Below are positions 51,001 to 63,400 of a DNA stretch of 64,000 nt, piece by piece. The notes under the pieces were generated by a model, which was not told the origin of the DNA, did no database searches, and saw only the letters and a program-made list of their open reading frames with translations. The stretch is from Klebsormidium nitens (lineage: Eukaryota; Plantae; Klebsormidiophyceae). Each line of letters begins with the position of its first letter. The first letter of the stretch is position 1. Location of the stretch: NCBI GenBank assembly GCA_000708835.1, contig DF237270.1, positions 1 to 64,000 of the forward strand, given 5' to 3'. Both the position numbers and the translations under genes were made by a program.

Positions 51001-53432
51001 GCCCCCGCCGGGCCGATCATTTGGCACGGGACGCTCGCCAAGTCGGGGACGACCGTGTGCAAGGCGCGGTGCTTTGCGATTGGAAAGGCGCCCGAGGTTC
51101 TGATGTGAGTGCATCTTTTCTCCGTCGCAGGGTGCTCTTAGTTTGTCGGTCGTTTAGGCGAAAGTTGCTCTGTTCTGAAGGCCCCAGTAGGTAAGAGATT
51201 GTCAAAGGTTTGCTAATATCATTTCCTGTGCTCTTTATGATGAAGGCAATCGGTCCAATTCAGAGTCCTGCGTATCCAAGCTTTTCGACACCAGTGCAAG
51301 GAAACCAAAGTATTACTGGTGTGTCCTTGCTCCTGAGACGGTGGATTTCCTTGTCGTCAAGCACACGTCTCTTTCCCAAAGAAACATCCACAACTCTCCC
51401 TCAACTGAACCTTTTTCCCGCGCCCTCACAGCCCCGAGACCGTCAACTGCACTGCGCGCACCGACCTCGACACCCTGGCCCGCCACGTTTACACCATCGC
51501 CGACTACAACGTCGTCTGCTTCGAGCCGGAGACCGCCGAAGACCAGCCTCCGTACCACGACTTCCTGCGTTACCTGGGCGACAAGCGGCGCGCGGGCGTC
51601 GCAAAGTGGGGGGACGGCGGCGCGACGCTGTTCCTGGTCCCGCCGTCCGACTTCTTGACGGACGTCCTGAAGGTGCCGGGTGCGGACCGACTGCTGGGGG
51701 TGGTGATGACGTTCCGGTCGACGCAGTTTGCGCCCCCGCTGCAGGTGAGAAGCTTCTTCTGATTGCGAGCCTTATCAGTCGAGAAAGTGTCGGATGTCTT
51801 ACAGAACGACCAGCTCCTGTGCTGAGAACTCCTGAAGTTGCCATCCTGATGGCACCCCGTTTGCATCTGCGTTGCTCGCCGATTGATGCAACTGTGCGTC
51901 ATAGGTTCTGGATCACATGTTTCGAGGTTCGAAGGTACAACCAGTTCTTGGAGGAGCTATACGCATGTTTGCGATACGCCCGAACATTCGTCACTGTTCG
52001 ACATTCAAACCGGCAACCTTTCCAAAAGCTCGTTCCATCCATCCAAGATGCGATTGGGACCGCCCATCCAGAGGAAAAGGCTGGGTTTTTGGGTTTCAGG
52101 GTTTTAGGGTTTTAGGGTTTTAGGGCCTATATCTCACCTTCCAATCGCTTATGCTACTCCAACGTTTTCTTCTCTGCAGGCTCCCCTCCCCCCCCAGCCT
52201 CCTCCAGGTCCCCCCCCCCTCCCGACGCCACAGGACCACCAGCCCCCCCGGGCCCACCCCCACCTCACGCCCAGCCTGCTTATGCGGCCCAGCCCGCTTA
52301 CCCCCCCTCCCCCCAGGCCGTCCTTCCGCCCCCCCGGTGCAAAGTCAGGGGGCTGCCCCCGCAAACCCCCTAGCAGGGGTCAACCCTGAAGTGCTCCAGG
52401 CGTTGAGCGCTCTCATCCCCCAGATTCAGTCTCAGGGAGGGGTGCAGGCGGGAAATCCGCTGCTGGGGCTGCTTAGCGCGGCCCTTGCCGGAGGGGGTGC
52501 GGCGGCGGCGAGGGGGTATGGACAATCGCCTGGGACAACCTCTCCTGGTGAGTAGAGGCGGCATCTCTGCGTGTGTTGAATGGGAAGTTCAGATTGAGGA
52601 AAGTCTTCTTTTGTGATTGAGGTTTGGCTTGTGCACCGCAGAGACTTGAGGATCGCAATCTGGTGATGAAGACGTTCTCATGAATGTCGAGTCAATAGCT
52701 ACAGAGCATGGCCCGAATGGTTTAAGCACTTGTCTCTAGGAAGAAGCAAGAGGAGCCTTCTACTTTGCTTCGTACAGAACTTCAAAAACCCATAGACCTT
52801 TGATGAGTACTCTCTTGGCGACACCGATTCGACCTGCGCAGTGTAACTGAAAACTCTATATTGGTGTTACAGGTCCTGCCCCTCCGAGCGGTCCCCGGCC
52901 ACCCCCGGGGCAGCCCCCCTATGCTGGAGCACAGATTGGCAGCCAGCCCGGTACAGCCCAACCAGGGTATCAGGCCAGCGCTCCGGCGCGTCCGGCTAGC
53001 GACGGAACCTATTCCCAGCAGCAGGGAGCGTATTCTCACCAGCCTGAGCAGTACGCTGCGCAGCAGTGGGGGGGTGCAGCGCAGTCAGGAAGCCAGCCCC
53101 CCCAGCAGACGGAACTGCCGACCGATCAGCTAGCCCAACTTACGGCCTATCTTGGGGGCAGTCAGCCAGCCGGGGGCCAAGTTACATCGCAGCAGCAGCC
53201 AGCCCCGGGTGCGGGTGTGAATACGGCCTCTCCAGGGTACGGCAGAGGACAGCAGCCAGGAGAGTGGAATGCTAGACCGGCGCAGCCGGCCGTCCCGGCC
53301 CCGCAGCAGGGGGGTGCCGCACAGGGGCAAGCGGAGGGGTGGGCGCAGGAGGAGAAGCAGTTCGAGCAGCAGCTGCAGCAGGCGTTCCTGCTGTTGCAGC
53401 AGATCCAGCAGCAACAAGGTCCAGAAAGCTAG
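48094..53432 (+). CDS. FPA: FPA-like (Spen family) RRM + SPOC RNA-binding protein, 9 exons
   Basis: Exons about 48094-48290, 48774-48924, 49209-49300, 49724-49927, 50299-50398, 50787-51104, 51432-51744, 52180-52548, 52874-53432. RRM motifs: LWVGNL...NFAYVQF...IRIEYAK and LWIGFPP...YAFVQF...NDPRVSIRFS. SPOC motifs: WHGTLAKSG, VNCTART, FLRYLGDKRRAGVAK, LFLVPPSDFL..VLKV. The C-terminus QQAFLLLQQIQQQQ resembles the FPA tail. Confidence 0.92.
52083..52125 (+). repeat. Interstitial telomere-type repeat (TTTTAGGG)n
   Basis: GGG TTTTTGGG TTTCAGGG TTTTAGGG TTTTAGGG TTTTAGGG, period 8, inside an FPA intron. Confidence 0.85.
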
Positions 53433-55484
53433 GGGGCGTTTGGCGTCAAGTGTTAGCAAGGTGAGCCGTTCTCTCCAAGCCTCTCGCTTCTCAACTGAAT
53501 GGCGCTCTCTGTTCTGTTCTGTGGGAACTCTTCCCGCTTTTGGCGCACGTACATCAGAAGACGGATTTCTGCTGCGCGTTCGTTTGCAAATCGATACGGT
53601 AACTCTTATTGCGAACAGCAAACGCAAAATGCCTTTCGTACATCTACTTCGATCTCTCCGCGGTCGTTGTCGAATGCACCAAGTATGATGGATTGCTCGG
53701 CTGCGCTCCTAGCCCGTATGCACGCAATCTGCAGCGCTAAGACCGCTACGCTATAATGTCATTTCGCGGATGCAAAGTACCTTGTGTTCTGCATCGTGGC
53801 CTAACTCACCCCACAGGAGGTTTTGTGCTTTCTGAACTGGTCATGGTGCATCACCAGACAAGAAGGTCTCTTTAGCATGTTCCTTCCCTGCTGAAACTCC
53901 GCTTTTTGATTGTGCACAAAGCGAAGTGATAGCAAGAAGTCGAAAGGATTGTGAAGGGCCATAATTCTGCACAAATTGCTACGTAGCTCACACGCTTTCA
54001 TGCGGCACTTCTTCTGGTATGCAGCCCCCAAAGCGATCGCAAGAGATTGGCGATATACCTGCACATATGCACGAAGTTTAGGTCAGATTCGAGCAGGCGA
54101 CAAGGGCAACAGCTTGCGGATCCGCAATCTAGGCTGATAAAATGAATAAGTACGCATCATGTGCCTGTCAGAAGCGAGTCAAGACTTCTGCATCGTGCAT
54201 GCGCTTAGCTAGTTACATTTCGTCTTACCTAAGGAGCTGCAAATGAGGGTGCTCCGAAGCTCGAAATTGTTGTGGTTGCATCATCATCAACTTCTGCAAT
54301 CAGGTCATTGTAACATCATTGCGAGACCGTATGCGACACTCAATCTGAGCGGATCATTAGCAACTTCATGGAGCTTACAATGCTTTCATTGATTCCTCGT
54401 TGTTAAAATGTAATTGACATGGCTGCGCTCAACGTAGTAAATTGGTTGATTGTGACCTCTCCAGAATTTTCTTTGTCCAAGATTGAATCTGTACATCCCC
54501 CGTTCCTATTCTAGGTTGTGGTTTGGAAAGATGGTTCTTGTCGTCGGATTGGCATAGGCTTTTTACGAGTACAAGTACATAGAGCGCGTCGTACATGTCG
54601 ATGAGTCATTGAAAATCGTTCTATTGACAAGACATGCAAGATGAAGAGCTAGCCTAGGTGCGTGTAGGATCAGGCAGGCTGAGACTCACTGCATCACTCA
54701 CTTAGATATGTGATTCGAGCATGTGCTCAGAAAAACTCTCTAGTGAGCCTAGTTGACTTTTTAAGGAGAAGTCGGAGGTGTGAGCGAGCAGTGGCAATAC
54801 AAGTGCACACATGTGAAAGCCTCTTAGGCTATGAGCTTCGCTTTTCACACCGGCCGCGCTGGCAGAAGATTGTCCTCTCGAATTTTACGTCAATCTAACA
54901 CCGTGGTCCATAACCGAATAGGATGCATGATGCCGCAGCCACTGTATGGCAAACCAGCTAGTCAAACATACTAGGTTACTATAGGTTTGTTTGCTTGCGA
55001 GCGAGGCATATCGAGAGATGATAAGGCTCCACTCTAGCTGCATGCATCTTTATACAACCGTCTATCATTCATTTAAGCAAATAGCTTAGTAAGTGACTTT
55101 CTCAATTACTTAAAGGTCGTCGGCGTCGATTATACTTGTGTCGATCCAATCTCAGCTATGACGTACCACAGTGTCCACATCTGCATGACACATCAACACT
55201 TTTGCGTAAGAAACCTTCCTATTCATTGCCAGGGATGTACGGCTTTAACTACTTAACCGAGTCGTGAAAACGATCGACCGTCCCGGTACTAAGACTCAAA
55301 ATGAAAGCACGAAACCTTATCCATTAAAAGATTACCAGACAAATGCTTACGAAATCACTCGCTGGCGTTTGCAGTTCTTTTCTTGTCGTAGATTGGCAAT
55401 GTCCGACTGGTCTGTCGAAAGGAGATTGTTTGGATACGTCTAGGCCAGTAAGCTTACACCAGATTGCAACAGACGACGCAGAAA

Positions 55485-58400
55485 TCAACAGGTTCCTACA
55501 ATTGGATCTAGGGAATCGAAATCTACTGGAACCACCACGTCGACCGCCCCTCCATCCCGAGTGAGAAGAGCAACTTCATTCTCCAAGGCACTTGTCTTAA
55601 CTTCCGGGTCGTAAATCTCAGCAAAAAGGAGTGGAACGAATCGGAGGCCGGAGTGGGGGGACAGGTTACTGGAAAGTGCCCGATACAGTTCCTGCACATC
55701 AGAAGCTTCTCCTTAATTTAACTTGGCTTGCTCAAATGTGAATGCAACGTGGACCAATCACACGTGTTGGAGGCACTTCCAACAGAGATGTGGTTTAGCG
55801 CCCAATACTTGAGAGACTCGACTGACAACGACCTGGTGACCGAATGTTTACCGAAATCGGACAACGCAAATGAGTCGACAAGCTGGGCTAAATGCTTAAG
55901 GTCAGGATTGCCACTGCACAGGGTTATATTAAGCCTTCCGCTCAGCAAAACTTCGACCGAAGTTGCAAGATCCCTCTTTTATGCGGACCGATGCAAACCA
56001 AGACCCAGTTTGGTTCGTCAAATTGATGGTGGCTTCACCTTGTCGCGCATTCTGCCCGTTGGAGTTGTTAACAGTGGGTCCCCTGCCAGCAGGCGCGCCC
56101 GCAAATTGATGGCGCGATGTGCCAGATTCAAGACGTCCTGTCATAGTTCAAGAATTGAGGGTCTTGAGAGGTCGGTAAAGCAGGTGGAAGGACGGATCAC
56201 TGAATTGGGAGTCTGGAACGCAGGCCCACAGAGGTTCTTGCAAGAGCTCATGGTCACTTCTTTTTGTTCACGATCAGGCACCTGGGCCCATGGCGCAGAA
56301 AGAAGCCATTTCGGAGTTCGGGCTTCATGCAAAATTATCACTATTCCAGTTGCCAAGCGGTTACTATCAACAAAGCATGACATGACTAACATGACCCATG
56401 CTTCTTGTCTCCACAATTGGGGTCGAAATGTACCATGTACCAAGGAGCCTTCGATGACAAGATTTTTCCTCGAATATTTATTGGCAACAAAATTTAGTTG
56501 CAAAGCTGAGAGGCCATGCATGCTTTGAGTGACCAACTTACTGAAAAAACGACTAGCACTTCTGCGTCTACAGCAATCACACCCGATGCTTTTGAAAGAC
56601 AAAAGAGGCTGATAATTTATCAGGCTAGGAGAATAAGATCACAATCCCAACCGATCAGCACATACTCACTTCTAGCGATCAGCACATACTCACTTCTAGC
56701 GATCAGCACATACTCACTTCTCGAATCGCATGTATCTTTCTCTCTCCCACGACGATGGCCTTCCTTCCGTCCTCGAACCCAATAAGGGCCACTGCGTCGA
56801 ATTCCAGTTGTGGATAAAGACGTTTGCCATGCCTCCATGTTGGCAAATGTACCCGGTGCGCCACAGGCATCGGCAGCCCTTGAGCTGCGACCAAACGGTG
56901 CAAAAGTCTCGTCAAGGCCGGGGGACGGGTGGGGTTAGCTTGGTGGTTAGGGTGGGTTACGAGTTAGGGAGTTTAGTTTCTCTGTGCCCGGTAGAACGAG
57001 CTTATTATCTATTCGTAAGGTATATCTGGTCTGAGCTCTTTGAGGAGAAGATGCGCGATTCTTTTACATTTGCATCAGGAGCAATATTTTGGGTTGGTGT
57101 GAACGTAGAGCTAGCTATTTATAGTAATGAGACTTACCCAAAGTGCTAGACCCCTTGTCAAGCTGCCCCCCCGGCAGGCAGGGTGCGGTGCCTTCCATCG
57201 GGTCAAAGTCTAAGAATGCCGCTCCTGCGGTGTTGATGAGGCTGAGGAATGCCTAAATGAAAAGAATTGTGAAGTTGAGTTGAGACATTGACCAAGGGAA
57301 GCGGAGATTCAAACCGGGGCCTGCCAATGAAGCAAGGGCAACTACGTTGACAAAGGTTGAGGAGAGAGAAGCTGAGAGCATGTTGGAAAGAAGGGTTTTG
57401 GCAAGGCAAGTCGACCTACAGATTCATCGCGAGTAAGGTTTTCGGACGAGACAGCAAGACTGCGGTCGACTGATGGTCTCGACACTGAATGAGAAAGCTG
57501 AAAGGCGCGCAAAACTGCTTATGACCTCTCAACCAAGGCAGACAAGAGACGCCTGTAAAAATGGTCTCGAGCGGGCAGTGCGACCTGTTTGCATCCTAGT
57601 GCCAGGTCTGTGTATGACTGGCAAGCCTATTAGCTAGGTAATCAGAAACCTGTCCATTGAGGTTTTTTCCCACGTTTCGATTAATGTCTCGAGGACTTCG
57701 CAATCAACACAAGCTTTGTTCAGCCTTCTGCTTGTGAAACTAGATCTAGTCATGACTAGATCATATGCTCAAGGTTGGGTGTTTATGTTGAACCTCTCCC
57801 ATTGTCAGGACCTGAATGCTTTCAAGACCGCACTGGAGCATCTCAATTCGGGCAAAGATGATGGCCTGAAAAAGATAGTAAGGGAGTCGGCTAGTCCCAT
57901 CAGCCTCATGCCAGACTTCTCTGGAAGCCCTTTCTTCAAAATGCTTCCGAACTGGATGATCTAGCAAATAAAAGTTGAAGGTCATTGTTGGCAGGTTCCT
58001 ACCTGGTTCATAACCGTCTCACTGTCTTGATGTTGATCTTGTTCAAGATGTCTGCGCAGCTTCTCGTATCGACTCACACTCTCATCAGTGGTATACCGTT
58101 CACCGTTTTTGAGGTCCCAGAACTTGGTCACAAAGACTTTCTCCTCCTCTTCAGTGCTCCCAAGAAGGATGAGGTACTGGCTGTGGCTGATTAGTTTGTC
58201 CAGCCCCTCCTGCCCAAACACCGTCACCGACTTCTCCATGTTTTCCGCCTGCACCAGTGTGATGTTCTTGGGCTGGTTGATAGCAGTTTCCAATCTGGAG
58301 CCAAGGACCTCGCTATCGAGAAAGTGCGCCCACTCTGAAGGTTTCATCTTTACAAACCCTCTCGCTCCCAGAATTTTTAGGTTCTCAAAGGCTGCACTCG

Positions 58401-59499
58401 CTTCGTCCACGACGTTGGCAAACTCGTCGTCAGTCATCGCAGAGTGGACGCGATGAAAAGAGCGCACGTCGAGCTCTGCAGGAGGAAAAGGACACACTGT
58501 AATGGGTGTCCCAACACTCTGCCACCCTTGAACAACCCAAGCAAGAAAGCCACCTTCTAACCTGCACTTGCTCCTATCAGTTCTCACTTTCAATAACAGC
58601 ACCACATAGTCAATCTGCTTGTGGCCCTAAGGACAATATGCTTCCAAGGGCAAAGCAGAAGCTGACAGTCATCTTGGCATTGAATACTGCTTCTACTTCC
58701 CTTGCTTGGATTGTAGAGAGGTGCTTGCAAAGAGCTTGTTCGAAAATCAGGGCACTTCAAGCACCTGAGCGCCCCTCCTTAGTCTCCTGACTCTCTTTTT
58801 AAAACTTGCAAGCCTACTGACATATGGTTCACTGTTTGCGTCCAGGGCACGTTTATTTGAGAACTCAGCAGGAATTTGCTCCACATTGACTTTGAGGTTT
58901 TTCAGTGAACCTTTGAAACCAATTCAACATGAAGGCGTGCGAAAACAAAGCCCAGAAACTGCACATACAAGATTTGGAAAAAAAGGTGGAGGTTTTGCAA
59001 GAAACTTACTACGAAGAAGCCCCTCAATGAAGCAAAATGCCCGCATTATAACTCTGGGCTCAAGACCCCAGTGCTCCATATCGCTGGCGGTCAGCGTATG
59101 CATCGAGAATCCGGTGATCCCTGCTTTCATCACTTGAGACTTCAACTTGGAGTCTCCAGTTTTTGCTGCGAGGTATTCTCCAATTTCCTCGCTACTCCAC
59201 AATGCTGGGTCAGAATTGTCTGGGTCTGGTGGTGGGGACACGGACCCTGCTGACTTGCAAACGCCCTTGGGAGCTCCTCCTAATTTCTGAAAACTTGCTG
59301 GGGTGTACTGTGATGTAAAAACTGTTGATTGGTGGAAATTGCTTTGCAGGATTTGAGGATGTGCCGAAATCAGCCTCTTTGGCAACAAAGGGCGCGCACT
59401 AGTAGCTGGCCTTTGCGGCTGGCAAGTAGCTCCGGTTGCATTGAGCCTTCCTAGAGCCTCCGTGTGCAGAGACATTACAATTGCAGCAGCCATTGCCAC
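55485..59499 (-). CDS. Hypothetical protein: transit-peptide-like N-terminus + SAM-like domain + PD-(D/E)xK-like nuclease-fold C-terminus (internal exon structure only partly resolved)
   Basis: Coding blocks at 59499-58969, about 58478-57994, about 56900-56718 and about 55690-55485 with GT/AG ends. SAM-like WSSEEIGEYL...GITGFSMHTLTASDMEHWGL; nuclease-like QLEFDAVALIG...IVVGERK. Confidence 0.6.
56652..56721. repeat. 24-bp tandem repeat x3 containing a 5' splice-site consensus on the minus strand
   Basis: (cgatcagcacatactcacttctag)x3; the reverse complement of each unit contains gaa|gtgagt. Confidence 0.92.
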
Positions 59500-60418
59500 C
59501 CCCCTCTGGAATGGTGGCGATGTTTTCAGGCCAACTGCAAAGCCTCTAGCAAGCCTGAGGCTGTAGTAGGCTAGGCTCTAGCTAAGCGGCTAGCTTAAAT
59601 AGCTCCACTGCATGCCAGTTTCAGTACCTACTCTAGAACTTGAAGCAGTCTGGCATCGACTAAGTTGCGAGGGTTGCGAATCGTTAAGACGTTTGCTGGC
59701 CGTCCGATTGACCCTTTGCCATCCCGCCTACGGCTCGTACCGAGTCCTACGGCAAACTGCAAATCAAGCAGAAGTTAATCTCAATTCGTAAAGAATCTGA
59801 TGCATGATACATATGTAGTCAGATAGTGAAGATAGTAAGAGACATACTACATAAGATTGAGCTTTTGGTGTCTGGACTTCACGGACTGCTTCAGTTCTGC
59901 TTCGACTGCTTGCATGTCTGAGCTGTCTATTCAGGATTCGGAGGCGGTACCAATTCCAATTAAGCTCAATGGCCGCGAGGCGCGAGCGCCTCTGCGCAAG
60001 CCATTCTTGCACCATGAATCATGAAGGAAAAGTCTTCCGGATCCGCCAGATTAAAGTAGTGAGGTCTGCTGAATAACCATTGCAAGGGGTGCCCAGCTGT
60101 CGCGCTGTATCTCAACGGAGTAGTCGGAGGCAAGATAAGATTTTTACCGGCGCGCAGCAGAGTCGTGAATGCAGAGAAAGAGTGAGTCACCTGAAATTCA
60201 AACAACGTGGACACTCAAATTGGCGTGCTGGCGCTTTTGCTAGTGAGTCTAAGGGCGCTACAGGGCCTTGTCCCTATAGTAAAAGCAGCGCAGACTCATG
60301 ACATGGAAGCTAGGAGCGGAAGTCCTTTTGGTGCGCTAAGCTCAGCTTTGATTCTCGTCGCGACTTACTGAGGGGGGCGTTTGGCCAGGGGCACGTTTAC
60401 CCCCCTGCAGGAGCAGCT

Positions 60419-63400
60419 ATGGCGTACCAGCCACCTGGATTGCCGCCATACAACGGCCCTTCACATTATGGCGATCCGCCCGATGTACCAAATGCGATGC
60501 AGGGGCCCTATTCTCCCCAAGCTGGTTTTTCTCACCCATCCGGGCTACACAGACAGATGGGTTACCAGTCCGCCCCGAGCGCTAACCCAGCCCCCAACCC
60601 GGGTTACAATTACCGAGGGGAGGGGAGTTACCCTCAGCATATCCAACCAACGTCCCCCCAGTTCGGAGCCTCGCAGGGTAGTACTTATTTTGGAGCAAAC
60701 CGCCAGCCTTACCAGCAGAATTACCAGCAAACTTTCCAACCTAGGGAGCATCAAGTTCCAGATTACCAGTCACCCCATGCGTGGAACGGCCCATCTCAGC
60801 CGTCCAGTCCTTCCTACCTGCAATCTCAGCCGTCAGTTTCGCCCTACCTGCATTCCCAGCCGTCGATCGCAGCCCCCGACTACAGCCACCCATTTGCGGT
60901 CAACCTTAACCCCCTGTTTGGAAACGGTCACTCAGCAGGGGTAATGCAGACGCCAGCGAGCCCGCGGCTCAACCCGCTTTACGCTTCCCCTGACCAACAG
61001 ACCTTGGTAACCCCTGGTCAGTTCTTCCTTAACCAGTCCCAAACCCCCTTCTTAACCCAGTCCCAAAACCTGGGCCGGCAGCAGACGCTTCCACCCGCTC
61101 TAACCCGGCCATCGACAGGGGTGCTCCCGAGTTACCTCGGGTCCAGAACGGGGTTGGTTCGTAACCCGCGGGGTAACCAGATGGGGATCGAGCTCGGGCG
61201 CGTCGGATCTGCTGACATGGCGAAATCGACGGTCATGATGCAGCTGCTGGCGGCGCATCACGAATCGCTCGGGCAGAGGGACGCGGTCAGTGCACGGCAC
61301 GAGGAACTAGAGCGGCGGCATTACGAGCTCATGAAAGCGCAGGCGAGGCTCGAGGTGGAGCGGGAGGGGGGTGGTTCGCCCAGGCGAAACAGGGGGGGGA
61401 GCGGGAAGAGCCGGAACAGGAAGGATCTGGGAGTGATAGGGTGCTGCATAAGATTGAAACGATGGTCGAGGGACTGCATAAAAGGATAGAGGAGCACAAC
61501 AAGATTTTGACTCGGTCGGAGAAGGGGTCTGCAGAGGAGAAGCAGAGAAAGGACTGGGAGGAGGTGGCAAAACACGAAGAGAGGTGAAAAGGATTCTGTC
61601 TTCGAGAACCGCGCTAGAAAGGGAGTCTGTTTTGTGAGCTGGGTTCTTTCAGGTCGAGAAGCGGTGCTTGGTGTCGACTCGATTGTGTGTGAGGTGAAGT
61701 CTAAAGCCAATGTACAAAATTTGATTGTTGCCGTTCATTACTCTTCAGTAGAGTGACAATTTTGGGGATATGGAGAAATGCGCTTTGTTCCATGCAAAGC
61801 TCCGTCTGATTCTTCCATGTCCTGACAACGGACTATAGTACACGTGCATCAGAAAGGGTGGAAGGCCATAGACTTACGAACGCAGTATTGAAACAAGGAA
61901 GGTTCTCCCAGGATCATGGTCCAGTCATTGGACGGTCTCAGGTATCACCTAAACCTGGTTCTTGAGCACTCCCCTCTCAGGCTCTCGGCTCCGGAGCAAC
62001 AGTTTCAACATTACAAAGTGGGCCCTGATTGACGAACCCGTATTTTTAGCGGAAAAAAGGTTGAAGGGCATAGAACTGATTTCGAGTGTACAAGATACAG
62101 AAGAGTCCCCTTTAAGGAGCATTGTTTGATCTTCATGTCGAACCGCCCCATCTTGACTCCTTAAGCCTTCCCTTTCAGGCTCTCGGTTCTGGAGCAACGG
62201 CTAGCGACAGCTCTGCCTGGCCCCCCCCAGTCGTCATCTCACCCGAGCTCTTCCCGCCAAGAACCGGCGACGATTCACCACCGGCCGCAACAGTCCAATG
62301 AATCTCCCAACTATACCACACCAAAGCTCCCACTAACTGACAGCCCAAAACCAATAAGCGACACGAGATTGAGCCAACCTCACGAACCCCGAACACTGCC
62401 CTTGGATAGAAGCCCACCCCACGAGGGGGGTCCAGAGAACCTCAGGACCGAGCCCCTTGAAAATGGAGCCGGAGTCAGCTCACACGGGAACGGTGCGAAT
62501 GAAGATCCCGCCCCCCGAGAGATTCTCGGGGGGCTGGTTATCGCTCCGGGGGGGTGCCGGGAAGCGCAGGACGAGGGGTATGCTGCCCTGTATTACGTGT
62601 ACATGGCGTTTCTGCTTGGACTTGCGGCGTACTGTATGGTATTCGCTGGGGCTCTCAAAGGAGGTGAGGCCCACCGAATTGACCTCTTGCCGGACTTGAT
62701 AGACGCCTTTTGTTTCTGACGACGGCGTGTTTCATCCGTTGGGCGTACTTTTGGATGCCTTGTTCGGTTCTATTGTGATGCTTCGCGGCTGTGAAATGGA
62801 AGCAATACTGGAGGCAGAGGGAAGAAAGTTCAGTTGAATAAGGCAAACGTTTCGGAAGTGTGATTCCTTTAGACCTAGCAGTGATGGCACTTTGCATCCT
62901 TACATAGCATCATTCTGCCCTCATGAAGGACCACCACTTCAGAGAGTTGCTTCGCTCTCCCAACGAAACGACTTACAATACAAGCAAGCTTTACGGTTGA
63001 CGAAGATTCACAGCAACGCCCACATTCTGGGATACTTTGGCATCCCGCAAAATCATCGTACCAGTGCCGGCTCAGAAACCCCGAGGCGATTATTTCCGTT
63101 TCCGCCATCACAATGATTCCTTTTCCGCCGTCATCCAGCGGATTCCGGTCACCCGGGGGCCTGGTACCGTGAGGCGGGGTACATGCTCGCGAGCGCCGCC
63201 GGGGAGGCCCTGCTTCTGGTCGCGTTTCTGCTCGCGCTCGCGCGCGCGTTCCACGGCGCTGTCGTCATGGTGGTCGTCATCGTGCCGTCGCTGCTGAGCG
63301 CCCTCGGCGCGGGGGTGCTGCTGAGCAGGCGTAAGCAACGGTCAATTTCGACGGCAAAATAGTAGTCAAAAGCACAGAACGTTGAGAACTGGTAGAAGGG

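Noticed and set aside
51210-52115. 301-aa plus-strand ORF
   Set aside because: It is an off-frame shadow of the GC-rich SPOC exon plus intron sequence; the true frame is fixed by SPOC motifs and splice phase.
55728-56528. 266-aa plus-strand ORF
   Set aside because: It has an atypical start and no recognisable domain, and lies antisense within the SAM/nuclease-like locus.
56652-56721. Direct repeats as a possible CRISPR array
   Set aside because: The units are head-to-tail with no spacers, there are no cas genes and the context is eukaryotic.
60419-61489. Stand-alone single-exon 356-aa protein ending in GVIGCC...
   Set aside because: The C-terminal part is better explained as out-of-frame read-through after a homopolymer indel, because the alternate frame splices in phase to downstream exons.
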